Below are positions 29,528-39,969 of a DNA stretch of 64,000 nucleotides, one piece after another. Origin of the DNA: Elusimicrobiota bacterium. Its GTDB lineage: Bacteria > Elusimicrobiota > Endomicrobiia > Endomicrobiales > JBDRNC01. The notes below the pieces were generated by a model that saw only the letters and a list, made by a program, of their open reading frames with translations, did not search any database and was not told where the DNA came from. The stretch is from NCBI GenBank assembly GCA_043811535.1, contig JBDRNC010000029.1, positions 1 through 64,000 of the forward strand, read 5' to 3'. The first letter of the stretch is position 1, and every line of letters starts with the position of its first letter. The position numbers and the translations under genes were made by a program.

Positions 29528-31499
29528 AATTTATAAAAATGTATTTCAGGTATTCGTGCAGTTTTATGATTAGGGGGGCGAAGACGAGCGCCACTACAGG
29601 CATGAGCTTGAGCAGTATGTTAATGGAGGGACTCGAAAAATCCTTGAACGGGTTGCCCACCAAGCTTCCGATTTCGGTCGCCCTGTGGGTGCTTGAGCCG
29701 GCGCCTCCGAGGTTACCCTGTTCGACGTAGCGGTTCGCGTTATCCCAGATACTGCCGGTGTTAGAGAGGAAGATCGCGAAGGGGACTCCGGTTACAAGCG
29801 AGCCTACGAGGAATCCGCCAAGCGCTTCTATTCCGAGCACGGCGCCGATGAGCACGGGAAGCAGTATTGTTGTTATCCCGGGTATTATTATTTCGTTCAG
29901 CGCGGAAGACATAGCGGTTCCGAGCCGTTTCGCGTATTCAAGCGTTCTTTTATTTTCCGGCGAGCCGGAATCGTCGGGAACAAGCAGTGTCGTCTTGACT
30001 ATAGTGCCCATCGTGACCGCGCTGAAAATGAAAGGCACAAGGCCTCCTATCAGAAATCCCGCGACAACCCCTGGTTTCAGCGCGTTGATTATCTGCAGCC
30101 CGACCGTCTGTGAGAAAGCCGTGAAAAGCGCGAGCGCAGTAAGGGCCGCCGAACCCGTGGCGAATCCCTTTCCTATGGACGCCAGCGAATTCCCGGACGT
30201 GCCCAGTTTCGCCGCGCGGTTCCTTATATCCGGTTCAAGGTAAACCATCTCGGCGAGTCCCTCAGCCTCGTCGGCCAGCGGGCCATAGGCGTCGGCCGCC
30301 ACCGTCATTCCCGTTATAGAAAGCATTCCGAGCGCCGCGAACGCTATCCCGAGAATACCCGCGAAGTGGAACGCGGCTATCGTTGAAGCCGTTATAAGCA
30401 GCAGCGGTACCACCGTTGAACCGAGCCCCGCCGCCAGCCCCGATATTATGAAAGCGGCAGTGCCTGTCCCGGCGGATTCCGCTATCTTCCTGGCCTGCCT
30501 GCCGGAAGTCGAGAGCTCGGCGCTGAAGCCGACAAAAATGCCCGCCGCCAGCCCCGAAAGCGCCGCGAAGAAAAGAGGTTTGGAACCGAACCATTTCGCG
30601 GTTATCAGATATATACCGGTAAGAAGTACCGCCGCGGTTATGACTACGCCTATTCGCAGAGAATTGCGCGGATCGGTCCTTTCGTTCATGCGCACGAAAA
30701 GGACTCCCGCTATCGTGGATATCACGCCCCAGCCGGCTATGAGCAGGGCCATCATGACGGCTTTCGTGTTGATATCCGGGTTGGGCGAGGCCGCTATCAC
30801 GATAACCGAAACCACCGCGCCCGTGTAAGATTCAAAAAAATCGGCGCCCATGCCCGCGACGCCGCTCAAAGAATCGCTGAGGTTGCCGGCGATAGCCGCG
30901 CGGTTTTTTGTCCCGGAATACGCGCCGCAGCCGCACCTCGCGAAGAGCGCGACGGACGATGCCCCGAGAGAGAAACCCACGATAAGGTTCGTCGCTTCCA
31001 CTATTTTGTCGGCAAGTATTGCCTGCGCTGAACCGCTGATATATAAAAGGTAAAGGACGGAAAGCCCCAAGAGGCCGATGCCGGCGACGCTTGTACCCAT
31101 CACCGCGCAGCTCGGGAATAGTATTTCCAGAGCTTCGTCAAGCGAGCGCCCCGCGGCCTGCGCGGCCCGCGCGCTCGAGCTCGTGGCCACGCGCGCGCCG
31201 ATAAACCCGGTCAATATGGAGCAAAGCGCCCCGGCAATGAACGCGAACGCCGTTCCGGACGCGACAAAAAGAAAAAGCGCGACGCCCATCGCGATGACGA
31301 AAAATGAAATGGTCTTGTACTCGTTGAAGAGGAAGACCATCATTCCCTCGCGTATCGCGGAGGTCATTTGAGTAATTGCTTCGCTGCCTTTGTCTTTTCT
31401 GGCGATTTTCAGGGTGAGATACGCGGAGAAGAGAAGGCCCGCAAGCCCGGAAAGGACTGCGGCCCAAACGCTGGTAAGATCGCCGAATATGTTAATCAT
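29526..31499 (-). CDS. Membrane pyrophosphatase (HppA)-like protein with degenerate catalytic motifs
   Basis: GMGADFFESY, DAYGP, GKGFA, WDNA, PFKD..PSINILLK retained; DVGADLVGKVE loop absent. Confidence 0.85.
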   Translation of the reverse strand: MINIFGDLTSVWAAVLSGLAGLLFSAYLTLKIARKDKGSEAITQMTSAIREGMMVFLFNEYKTISFFVIAMGVALFLFVASGTAFAFIAGALCSILTGFIGARVATSSSARAAQAAGRSLDEALEILFPSCAVMGTSVAGIGLLGLSVLYLLYISGSAQAILADKIVEATNLIVGFSLGASSVALFARCGCGAYSGTKNRAAIAGNLSDSLSGVAGMGADFFESYTGAVVSVIVIAASPNPDINTKAVMMALLIAGWGVISTIAGVLFVRMNERTDPRNSLRIGVVITAAVLLTGIYLITAKWFGSKPLFFAALSGLAAGIFVGFSAELSTSGRQARKIAESAGTGTAAFIISGLAAGLGSTVVPLLLITASTIAAFHFAGILGIAFAALGMLSITGMTVAADAYGPLADEAEGLAEMVYLEPDIRNRAAKLGTSGNSLASIGKGFATGSAALTALALFTAFSQTVGLQIINALKPGVVAGFLIGGLVPFIFSAVTMGTIVKTTLLVPDDSGSPENKRTLEYAKRLGTAMSSALNEIIIPGITTILLPVLIGAVLGIEALGGFLVGSLVTGVPFAIFLSNTGSIWDNANRYVEQGNLGGAGSSTHRATEIGSLVGNPFKDFSSPSINILLKLMPVVALVFAPLIIKLHEYLKYIFIN

Positions 31500-31577
31500 A
31501 AAGAGATTACAAATTTGCCGATTACAGATTACAGATTGAAGACGTTAATTTGTAATCTGTAATTTGTAATTTGTAAT

Positions 31578-32291
31578 TCATTTGCTTTCGAATTCCTTGC
31601 AGATCTCGGCTTTTCTTTCTTCGAAGTATTTGTCTATTTCGGATTTCAGGCCTTCTTTGGATTCAAGCTTCTTGACGCGGTCTTCAAGTTTTTCGTTTTC
31701 TTTCAGGACCACGCGTATGGCTTCGGCAACGGGGTCGGGCAGCTTGCCGTGCTCAAGTTTTTCCGTGTCCGAAGCCGAGAAACCTCCTGAGACGACCCGG
31801 GCCGGTATTCCCACGGCTGTTGAGTTTGGGGGAAGGTCGTGCAGGACCACGGAGCCCGCGCCAATCCTGGAATTTTCGCCTATCGTTATGGCGCCGAGCA
31901 CGATGGCCCCGGCTCCGACGACGACGCCGTTCTGAAGCGTGGGATGCCTTTTTTTCTTTTCAAGCGTTGTGCCCCCGAGCACGACGCCCTGGTAAATAAG
32001 CACGTCATCGCCTATCTCGGTGGTTTCGCCTATAACGACGCCCATACCGTGGTCTATAAAGAACCGCCTGCCTATGCTCGCGCCGGGATGTATCTCAATA
32101 CCCGTAAGGAACCTGCCGGCGTGCGAAATCATCCTTCCTATGAATAGCATGCCGGCCTTCCAGAAGAAATTCGCTATTCTCTGCGTCCATACGGCATGAA
32201 GACCCGGGTACAGCAACATCACTTCAAAAAACGAGCGCGCCGCCGGGTCTCTTTTAAAAACGGTCTTGATGTCTTCCACGAATGTCATCAT
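31578..32291 (-). CDS. cysE: Serine O-acetyltransferase
   Basis: [33 protein letters not shown]; start after SD gagga. Confidence 0.93.
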   Translation of the reverse strand: MMTFVEDIKTVFKRDPAARSFFEVMLLYPGLHAVWTQRIANFFWKAGMLFIGRMISHAGRFLTGIEIHPGASIGRRFFIDHGMGVVIGETTEIGDDVLIYQGVVLGGTTLEKKKRHPTLQNGVVVGAGAIVLGAITIGENSRIGAGSVVLHDLPPNSTAVGIPARVVSGGFSASDTEKLEHGKLPDPVAEAIRVVLKENEKLEDRVKKLESKEGLKSEIDKYFEERKAEICKEFESK

Positions 32292-32399
32292 AATTTCCTC
32301 TATTTTACTATATTTAACTAGGCAGAAACAATGGTCAAATGGCTTAATGGCTGAATTGCTAACGTCTTTAGCCATTTAGCAATTTGGCAATTTAGCCAT

Positions 32400-33122
32400 T
32401 TAATGTATTATTCGTCCTATTATCCATATTAAGACTATTCCGATGAAGAAGAAAAGCGCGTTCGCCCTGTTATGCTCTTTGTGCGTTTCCGGAAGCAGGT
32501 CTGCCGCCGCGAGGTAAAGGAAAGAGCCTCCCATGAAAGCCAGCATCATGCCAAGCACATCGTGAGAAATGCCGCGCAGGAAGAAATATGAAATTACCGC
32601 TCCGGCAGGCGTCGCCATGGCCACAAGCGTTGAGAAAGAGATCACGCTTTTTCTTTCTCTTCTCGCGTGCAGGAGTATGCCTGTTATCGTGATGCCATCG
32701 GGTATCTTGTGAAGGACCACCGCGAGCGTCATTATCATTCCAAGCTTGGCGCCGGCTTCAAAACCCACCCCTATCGCGAGGCCGTCCAAAAGCGAGTGAA
32801 GCGTGAGGCCTATCGTGGAAAGAACGCTCATTCTATGCACGTGGCAGGCCTCGTCGTGGCACGCGTGGAACATCATTACCTGCTGCAGAAGATAGAGAAC
32901 CAGAAATCCCGCGAAAACAAGCGCGATAGCCCCCGGGTAAAGCCCGGCGGCTTCCGGTATCAGGTGAAAGAACGCTATGGCAAGCATCACGCCCGAAGCG
33001 AAACTTATGAGAAAAACCGAGTTTCTGGTCGACCACTCCTCTTTTTTTATAACGAGGAAAGTCCCGAGAAGCGACGAGGCTCCGGCAATCAGTGAATAAA
33101 TAAGAATTTCTGAAAATAGCAT
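32400..33122 (-). CDS. ZIP family metal transporter
   Basis: FASGVML..HLIPEA, HSLLDG, LHKIPDG, DLLPETH. Confidence 0.9.
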   Translation of the reverse strand: MLFSEILIYSLIAGASSLLGTFLVIKKEEWSTRNSVFLISFASGVMLAIAFFHLIPEAAGLYPGAIALVFAGFLVLYLLQQVMMFHACHDEACHVHRMSVLSTIGLTLHSLLDGLAIGVGFEAGAKLGMIMTLAVVLHKIPDGITITGILLHARRERKSVISFSTLVAMATPAGAVISYFFLRGISHDVLGMMLAFMGGSFLYLAAADLLPETHKEHNRANALFFFIGIVLIWIIGRIIH

Positions 33123-33375
33123 TGTTATTCCTTGTTGTTCGTCATTTCGAGTCCGCCGTGGCGGACGAAGCAATCTCTGGCCTTTGGGTTTACTGCGGCA
33201 GTCTCAGTAGCTGAGATCGCCACGGCCTTCGGCCTCGCGATGACAACGTACAAAGACCTCCTCGCAATGACTGCTTACAGTTGTTAATCCACCTTCGCCC
33301 CGCATGTCGTGGCTACGGCGGATTTCAGCTTGCTGTGAACGTCTTATTCAAATGCGGGCTTGCGCCCGCAGAGCT

Positions 33376-34389
33376 TCAATATCTTTTCTTATGCTTATGG
33401 TCGTGTTCGTGGTTTTTATGCGTGTCTTTGTTGTTAACTGGACCCTGGCCCCTGGACCCCGGCCCCTGATTTTCCGGTCCCTGGCTACTGGACCCTGGGC
33501 CCTGTTTTTCTGGCCCCTGTTTCTGAAAGTCGCATACGTTATTTTCGCAGTTGTCGCACTCGGCTTCAAGCGTGCAGTGGGTGATGTTATATTTATTGGA
33601 AAGGAATTCCCTGACAGAGCACAGGATATCCTGGCTTTCGCGCGTGGAAATGTTATCGGTAAGCACGTGGGCGCTTAGCGCGCGCTTTCCGGAAGTTATC
33701 GTCCAGATGTGTATTTCGTGGAAATCCTTTACGCCGCGTATTTTTTGGACCTCGGCGGTAAGCTCCTCAATGTCGATATCACGCGGCGCCGCCTCAAGCA
33801 GTATATCTCCGGACTCAAACAGGAGGTTTATCGCGCTTCTCATAACTATTCCGGCTATTATAACACCCACGAGCGAGTCCATGAAGTTCCAGCCCGTGAA
33901 GTATATCGTGATAGCCGCGGCTATCACGCCCACCGAGGATATTGTATCGCCGAGGATGTGCAGGAAGGCCCCGCGGACGTTAAGGTTCTCGTGGCTATCC
34001 TTGTGCAGGAGCACGAGTCCGACGGCGTTGCCTATAAGCCCTATGGCCGCGATAACCATCATCATGCCCGTTTGTATGACCTGAGGGTTGAAAAAGCGGT
34101 GGATGGCTTCGTAAAAAATGTAAGTTGAGAGCCCGGCCAATGCAAGACCGTTTACGAGCGCGGCGATTATTTCAACCCTGTGATAGCCGTACGTCCTCCT
34201 GCCGGCCGCCGGTTTTTTGCTCCACTGGAAGGCGAGCCAGCTCAGGAATATGGAAAGCGAGTCCGTCAGCATGTGGCCGGCGTCGCTTACCAGCGCCAGG
34301 CTGCGGCTGAAGATGCCTCCGAATAACTCCAGAAACATCAGCGCGAGATTGAGTGAAAGGATGAAAAGGAGTTTATTGGACCTGTCCAT
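33376..34389 (-). CDS. Cation diffusion facilitator (CzcD/ZitB-like)
   Basis: SDAGHMLTD, TYGYHRVE, NVRGAFLHILGD, HEIHIW. Confidence 0.92.
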   Translation of the reverse strand: MDRSNKLLFILSLNLALMFLELFGGIFSRSLALVSDAGHMLTDSLSIFLSWLAFQWSKKPAAGRRTYGYHRVEIIAALVNGLALAGLSTYIFYEAIHRFFNPQVIQTGMMMVIAAIGLIGNAVGLVLLHKDSHENLNVRGAFLHILGDTISSVGVIAAAITIYFTGWNFMDSLVGVIIAGIVMRSAINLLFESGDILLEAAPRDIDIEELTAEVQKIRGVKDFHEIHIWTITSGKRALSAHVLTDNISTRESQDILCSVREFLSNKYNITHCTLEAECDNCENNVCDFQKQGPEKQGPGSSSQGPENQGPGSRGQGPVNNKDTHKNHEHDHKHKKRY

Positions 34390-34502
34390 ATCATAATTAA
34401 ACCATTTTTTTCATCTTCATGCAATATTAAAAAAATCTGAAAATCCTTGAAAAAGCCTGTATTTTCTGTAATAATTCAATATATACTAAAAGGCGGGGCG
34501 CG

Positions 34503-35424
34503 GATGGGAATGATATACAGACCTGAAAAGCGCGGGAAAATAAGAGTGTACGGCGCTGTACTGCTGTGGCTGGCAGCGGGCGCCGTTTTCTATTCTATTT
34601 CTTTGCCGGCAGGCATACCGTTCTTTTGGACGGCGATACTGCTCGCGGTTCTTGCCCCTTTCGCCGTTGCGAAAGCCATGCCGGCCGGTCCGGTCGAGGT
34701 AAGCGAAGAATTCATCAGGGACGGGAGAAGGATATACAGGCGCGAAATGATAAGGAACCCGTCCGTATATGAGAAGGTATGGGCCGGCAGGACCGTCGAT
34801 TGCGGAGTCAAGTTCATTTTCAGCGGGAACGGCCCTAAATCCGAGCGGTTTATTTCAACGTCCCGATTTGACGGGCCCACGAGAGATAAGATACACAAAC
34901 TGCTCATGCGGGTGATCCCGCTGGAGAACGCCGCCAAAACAAAGACTAAAGAGGTTGTCGCGGTTTACAGGCTCAGGTTCGCCGGGTGGGCGGTAAAGGA
35001 ACAGGCGTGGTTCCTTCCCTACCTGTTCATAATAGTCTTCCTGACAGCGGTTTATTACGCGTTCAACTGGAATTCACCTGACAGAATAGAACCGGAACCC
35101 CTCATTCTTATAATCGGCCCGGCCGCGTTCGCGCTCTATCTAGCGGTGTTGCTGGTCAGATGGCTGTGGCTGTCAAGATACGTTATCAGGGTCTTGGCGG
35201 ACAGGATAATGCTTTCCGATAAGAACGGCAGAAAACCTAAAATCACGGTCCAGTACAAAGATATAGTCCAGTGCGAGGATTACGTCAAGATATCCGGTGT
35301 TATCGGAAGAAGACGCAGCATGAACATATGGCTGGCTTCGGGTGAGTACATACCTTTCCGGATCGGCGGCTACGAAAAAGAAAATGAAATAGCGCAGGTT
35401 TTCAAGGAAAAAGCGGGAAAATAG
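34503..35424 (+). CDS. Hypothetical membrane protein (two TM hairpins, each followed by a soluble domain)
   Basis: Long ORF with two hydrophobic pairs; start uncertain. Confidence 0.65.
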
Positions 35425-35478
35425 AACAACAGTATCTGGTATCTTGCATCTAGTATCTAGTAAAGACAACAAATGTAT

Positions 35479-35515
35479 CAAAATAAAAACCGGCAAATTT
35501 ATTGTCGGTTTTTTT
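35479..35515. terminator. Intrinsic terminator-like hairpin, possibly bidirectional
   Basis: aaaaaccggcaa-attta-ttgtcggttttttt. Confidence 0.65.
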
Positions 35516-35625
35516 AATTTCCTATTATATAGTTTAAAAAAGGGCAATAAAGTATTTTTAAATAATACTTGAAAAATCATTGAAATTCTGGCAGACTAAT
35601 ATTGCAGTATCCTCTAGGGGGCGTT

Positions 35626-36246
35626 ATGGAAAACCTCCCGAAAATACTTGTCTACAAAATTGCTCCCGAAGCCATTTTGCTGGAAACAAAGCTGATCACT
35701 CCAACCCAGGCCGAAGAGATCCGGAAAATGCTTTCGGAAGCGGATTTGCCCGTTTCTTTCTACGCCCAATTAGCCGTTGACACGGGATTTGCCGGAAAGC
35801 CGGAGGTGCTGAAAGCCCTGGCCGAGCGCTGGCAAATGCCAGTAGAAAGCGATCCTGCCCTGACGATTGATTATAAATACTTGAATCCCGATAATCCATT
35901 CTCGGGCATATTACCGTTTCAGTTCTGCTACGATCATTCATGTATCCCCATATCGGCGGACGCTGGCACGCTAAAAATTGCCGTACCCCTGCCGCTGGAT
36001 CCGCTGGAAATGGAAGATATCCGGATGCGGACGGCAAAGGAGGTTATGCCCGTTCTTTCCATGGTGCGGGAGTTGCACGAACTTCTCGGATTCTATACGT
36101 ACGTGTGGGAAAACAAGCGTATAGGGCCCGGCGGGGATATCCGCTCGATTATTGAGGGCCTTATAAAAGAAGGAAAGATAAAAGAAGCGGAGGAGCTTGA
36201 TCCAAAAGTGACTGAAATGCTGCTAAAACGCGGGAATAAGGAATAA
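35626..36246 (+). CDS. Stand-alone GspE/PilB N-terminal (T2SSE_N)-like domain protein
   Basis: LPFQFCYDHSCIPI..GTLKIAVPLPLD..MEDIRMRT pattern; no ATPase domain. Confidence 0.65.
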   Translation: MENLPKILVYKIAPEAILLETKLITPTQAEEIRKMLSEADLPVSFYAQLAVDTGFAGKPEVLKALAERWQMPVESDPALTIDYKYLNPDNPFSGILPFQFCYDHSCIPISADAGTLKIAVPLPLDPLEMEDIRMRTAKEVMPVLSMVRELHELLGFYTYVWENKRIGPGGDIRSIIEGLIKEGKIKEAEELDPKVTEMLLKRGNKE

Positions 36247-36267
36247 ATTTGGTAAAAGGAGGAAAGT

Positions 36268-36801
36268 ATGATGGATCATGCAAGTGATACGGGTGTTGTC
36301 AAGAGGCTGGAGACCCTTGAGAAAGAGCTCAGGAGATGGAAAATGATCGGGGGGGTATTCGTGCTTGCTGTCTGCGCGCTGGTCGTCATCGGCGCCACAA
36401 AGGCGGAACGCTTTGACGATATCACCGTCAAGCATATTTCCGTCGTGGATAACGAGGATAAATTGATAATGGAGATAGGAAAGTCATACATATTGAAAGA
36501 GGGGCACGGTATATATATTTTGGACGCCGATCGCCACCAGCTGGCGGCAACATTATTGTGGGCGAACGGGGCTCCGTTTCTTCAACTGATGGGCGAAGGT
36601 AAGCCAGGCGTTGTTTTGAATACGACATCAAGAAATGGAAGTTTTTTAATGTTTAAAGACACGGCGGGCAATGTCCTTTCCGTCATTGGCGCTGCAGAAG
36701 GTAACGGAGTCATGGATATTGTGACTAAGCCCACCGGCACAGGTATTCGCGTATTCTCTTCGGACATGAACAAGACGTACTGGGAAAGCCCGCTGCGCTG
36801 A
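36268..36801 (+). CDS. Hypothetical single-TM protein with beta-rich exported domain
   Basis: SD aggagg; RLETLEKELRRWK followed by TM helix. Confidence 0.7.
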   Translation: MMDHASDTGVVKRLETLEKELRRWKMIGGVFVLAVCALVVIGATKAERFDDITVKHISVVDNEDKLIMEIGKSYILKEGHGIYILDADRHQLAATLLWANGAPFLQLMGEGKPGVVLNTTSRNGSFLMFKDTAGNVLSVIGAAEGNGVMDIVTKPTGTGIRVFSSDMNKTYWESPLR

Positions 36802-36889
36802 TTTTAACCGGCGCGGCAGGTCCGGACTGCAATTCGGTATAAATGTGGTAATAAAATGTTTTCCTCCCAAGATTTAAAGGAGAATTGAG

Positions 36890-37318
36890 ATGATCAAGAA
36901 AAGAATTGGGTTTAAATGGTTTCATGCAGTTATTTTTTTGTGGGCCGCAATTTGTACGAATGCATTGTTTATAGCTGCTGAAGCTGGGCAAAATGGGGGG
37001 GTAAATGTATCTACAGAGAAACAATATACTGATACTGCAATGGGTAAATTGTATTACGGTTTTAAAATATACGCCTATAATGCCAATCCGTACGCGGTGA
37101 ATTTTTATATCTGGACCGATGGAAACAGGTATAGAAACGTTGAATTCAAGGTTTATAACATGAGAATTGAACCTAGGCAAACAGTACTAGTAGGATACGC
37201 ATATGCTGCCGGTATCGATTACGATGGTTATGTCAAAGGCGATTGGGAATATAATTATAAGTATCAATATGAGCCGGTCAAGGACTTCGGTCCGCTCAAG
37301 AAGCAAAAAAACAAATAG
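36890..37318 (+). CDS. Hypothetical secreted Tyr-rich protein (AT-rich gene)
   Basis: SD aaggag; signal-peptide-like N-terminus. Confidence 0.7.
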   Translation: MIKKRIGFKWFHAVIFLWAAICTNALFIAAEAGQNGGVNVSTEKQYTDTAMGKLYYGFKIYAYNANPYAVNFYIWTDGNRYRNVEFKVYNMRIEPRQTVLVGYAYAAGIDYDGYVKGDWEYNYKYQYEPVKDFGPLKKQKNK

Positions 37319-37327
37319 TAATAATGC

Positions 37328-37363
37328 CAAAAATAAAACCGGCAATATATTTGCCGGTTTTTT
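37328..37363. terminator. Intrinsic terminator-like hairpin between convergent genes
   Basis: aaaaccggcaa-tatat-ttgccggtttttt. Confidence 0.7.
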
Positions 37364-37466
37364 GTTGTCCTAAGTGTCATTGCGAGTCCGCCGCGGCGGA
37401 CGAAGCAATCTCAGGCCCAGAGATCACCACGTCGGTCGCCGCGGCGACCTCCTCGTGATGACGACG

Positions 37467-38849
37467 TCACCTACTTTTTAAAAACTCGTCAATGTATCTC
37501 GCCGCCCTCTTGCCCATGCCCATCGCCTGGATGACTGTCTCGCCGCCTACTATATCGCCGCCCGCGAAAACCCCGGGCAAAGTCGTCATGAATTTATCGT
37601 CTATTATCAGATGTCCCGCGCTATCCCGCTCCAGTCCTTTCGTAAGCGACGGCAGTATCGGGTTCGGGCTCAGTCCAATGGCCATTATCACCATGTCAAC
37701 CGGCATTTTGAAGTTGGAGCCCTGAATAACCTTGGGCCTTCTTCTGCCCGATTCATCCGGCTCGCCCAGTTCCATCTTCACGCACTCCATCTCTTTGATA
37801 AAACCTTTTTCATCTCCGGTGAACCTGACAGGAGCCGTCAGCATCATGAATTTGATGCCTTCCTCCTCGGCGTGATGCGCTTCTTCAACGCGCGCCGGCA
37901 TTTCCTCGCGCGACCTGCGGTAGACAAGCGTTACTTCTTTCGCGCCGAGGCGCAGCGAGGTCCTCGCGGCGTCCATCGCGGTGTTTCCTCCGCCTATGAC
38001 GGCGACTTTTTCGCCTATCCAGACCGGCGTGTCGTATTCCGGGAACTCAAAACCGCGCATCAGGTTGACGCGCACCAGAAATTCGTTCGCGGAGTACAGG
38101 TGGTTGAGGTTTTCGCCGGGAATATTCATGAAATTGGGAAGCCCCGCGCCGGTGCCGATAAAAATCGATTTGAATCCTTCTTTCAACAAATCTTCAACTG
38201 ATTTTGTCCTGCCCACAAGGCAGTTAAGGCAGGTTTTGACGCCGAGTTTCGAAAGATTGTAGAGTTCGTAGTCAAGCACCGCGGCCGGCAGGCGGAACCC
38301 GGGGATGCCGTACCTTAAAACGCCGCCCGGCTCGTGCAGAGATTCAAAAATAGTGACATCGTAGCCCATCTTCGACAAATCCCCCGCCGCCGTCAGCCCC
38401 GCCGGACCCGATCCCACCACCGCCACTTTAATGCTGTTGTTTTTAACTAATTGCCGATTGCTAATTGCTAATTGCTGATTTATTTGTTCCCAATCCGCCG
38501 TGTATCTTTCAAGATATCCTATCGCGACTGGCTGGCTTTTGTTTCCGAGAATGCATTTCAATTCGCACTGTTCTTCCTGAGGACAGACCCTTCCGCATAC
38601 GGCCGGAAGATTGTTCTTGTCCTTAAGGATCTCCGCGGCTTTGTTCATGTCGCCGTCAGCAATGGCTTTGATAAAGCCCGGGATATTTATCTCAACTGGG
38701 CATCCGTCAACGCAAAGCGGTTTCTTGCACTGTATGCAGCGCTTTGCCTCCGCCTGCGCCATCTCCGGGGAATAGCCAAGGTTGACTTCCTTGAAGTCCT
38801 TGTTTCTCTCTCCGGGGGCGCGTTCCCGCATTTTTATTCTATCGGCCAT
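37467..38849 (-). CDS. NfnAB large subunit (GltD/SudA-like NADPH-dependent flavoprotein)
   Basis: RCIQCKKPLCVDGCP, CGRVCPQEEQC, GSGPAG, GGGNTAMD. Confidence 0.9.
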   Translation of the reverse strand: MADRIKMRERAPGERNKDFKEVNLGYSPEMAQAEAKRCIQCKKPLCVDGCPVEINIPGFIKAIADGDMNKAAEILKDKNNLPAVCGRVCPQEEQCELKCILGNKSQPVAIGYLERYTADWEQINQQLAISNRQLVKNNSIKVAVVGSGPAGLTAAGDLSKMGYDVTIFESLHEPGGVLRYGIPGFRLPAAVLDYELYNLSKLGVKTCLNCLVGRTKSVEDLLKEGFKSIFIGTGAGLPNFMNIPGENLNHLYSANEFLVRVNLMRGFEFPEYDTPVWIGEKVAVIGGGNTAMDAARTSLRLGAKEVTLVYRRSREEMPARVEEAHHAEEEGIKFMMLTAPVRFTGDEKGFIKEMECVKMELGEPDESGRRRPKVIQGSNFKMPVDMVIMAIGLSPNPILPSLTKGLERDSAGHLIIDDKFMTTLPGVFAGGDIVGGETVIQAMGMGKRAARYIDEFLKSR

Positions 38850-38993
38850 AATGCCTCTTCGAGAAAATACTAAATACTAAAAACTAAACAATAAATAAAT
38901 CCAAAATCATAAATTAAAATTTAAAAAACAAACTGCTATGTTTGTGTCTTAGTTTTTGTGTTTTGAGCTTATTTAGTATTTAGTGTTTAGAAC

Positions 38994-39836
38994 TTAGTGT
39001 TTGTCTTTGCATTTCTCGCACTGGAACTTTTCCAGAGCTTTCTTTTCTTCAGTTTTAAAAAGCGACAACCTCGCGGTTAGCTCATCCCAGTTGACCTGGT
39101 GGCCGTCGAACTCCGGCCCGTCGACGCACGCGAAGTACGTCTTTCCGCCCACCGAAACCCTGCAGGCGCCGCACATTCCGGTGCCGTCAACCATTATCGG
39201 GTTGAGCGAAACGACCGTCTTTATATTGAATTCCCTTGTCGCGTTAGAAACAACTTTCATCATCGGCACAGGCCCTATGGCGTATATCTCGTTTATCGGA
39301 GTTTTATCCGCAATAAGTTTTTTCAGCACATCCGAAACGAAACCTTTCTCGCCGTACGAACCGTCGTCGGTAGTCACGTATAACCTGTCGCAGGCTTCTT
39401 TCATCTCTTTTTTAAGTATCAGCAGGTCCTTGTTTCTCGCGCCGATGATGCCGATGACCGTATTTCCGGCCAGCCTGAAGGCGTTTGCCACGGGGAGAAT
39501 TTCGGCCACCCCGACGCCCCCGCCTATGCAGACGACCGTTCCTTTCTTTGATATTTCCGTGGAACGCCCGAGCGGGCCGAGTATGTCGGAGATGCTGTCG
39601 CCGACGTTCAGGAGCCCGAGCGACTGTGTGGTTTTGCCGACTTCCTGGAAGATAATCGTTATCAGTCCTTTATTTTCGTCCTTGCCCGCTACGGTAAGAG
39701 GTATGCGCTCGCCCCTGGCGTCAACGCGCAGGACTATGAATTGCCCGGCTTTCGCGTTTTTCGCGATGTCCGGGGCCTCAACCGTGATCTGTTTGACGTT
39801 CGGCCCGATGATTTTCTTGCTTATGATTTTATACAT
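38994..39836 (-). CDS. NfnAB small subunit (SudB-like ferredoxin-NADP reductase)
   Basis: GERIPLT, GGGVG, MVDGTGMCGACR, CVDGPEFD. Confidence 0.9.
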   Translation of the reverse strand: MYKIISKKIIGPNVKQITVEAPDIAKNAKAGQFIVLRVDARGERIPLTVAGKDENKGLITIIFQEVGKTTQSLGLLNVGDSISDILGPLGRSTEISKKGTVVCIGGGVGVAEILPVANAFRLAGNTVIGIIGARNKDLLILKKEMKEACDRLYVTTDDGSYGEKGFVSDVLKKLIADKTPINEIYAIGPVPMMKVVSNATREFNIKTVVSLNPIMVDGTGMCGACRVSVGGKTYFACVDGPEFDGHQVNWDELTARLSLFKTEEKKALEKFQCEKCKDKH

Positions 39837-39969
39837 GTTTGACTCTTGTACCTTTAACAGTCAGCTTCCGTCTTCCTTCTTCCATCTTCCCGCTGTTGTA
39901 AAACAATCCCCTCACCCTTACCCCTCTCGCATCATTGAGAAAGGAAAAGTGAGGGGAAGTTTAATTGCC

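Noticed and set aside
32292..33173. Extended N-termini from the ORF track (cysE 32375, ZIP 33173, tspO 46933, GT4 56159, feoA 42699, synthase 22849)
   Set aside because: Extensions translate repeat, leader or overlapping-gene DNA; downstream ATGs match family starts and mostly have SDs
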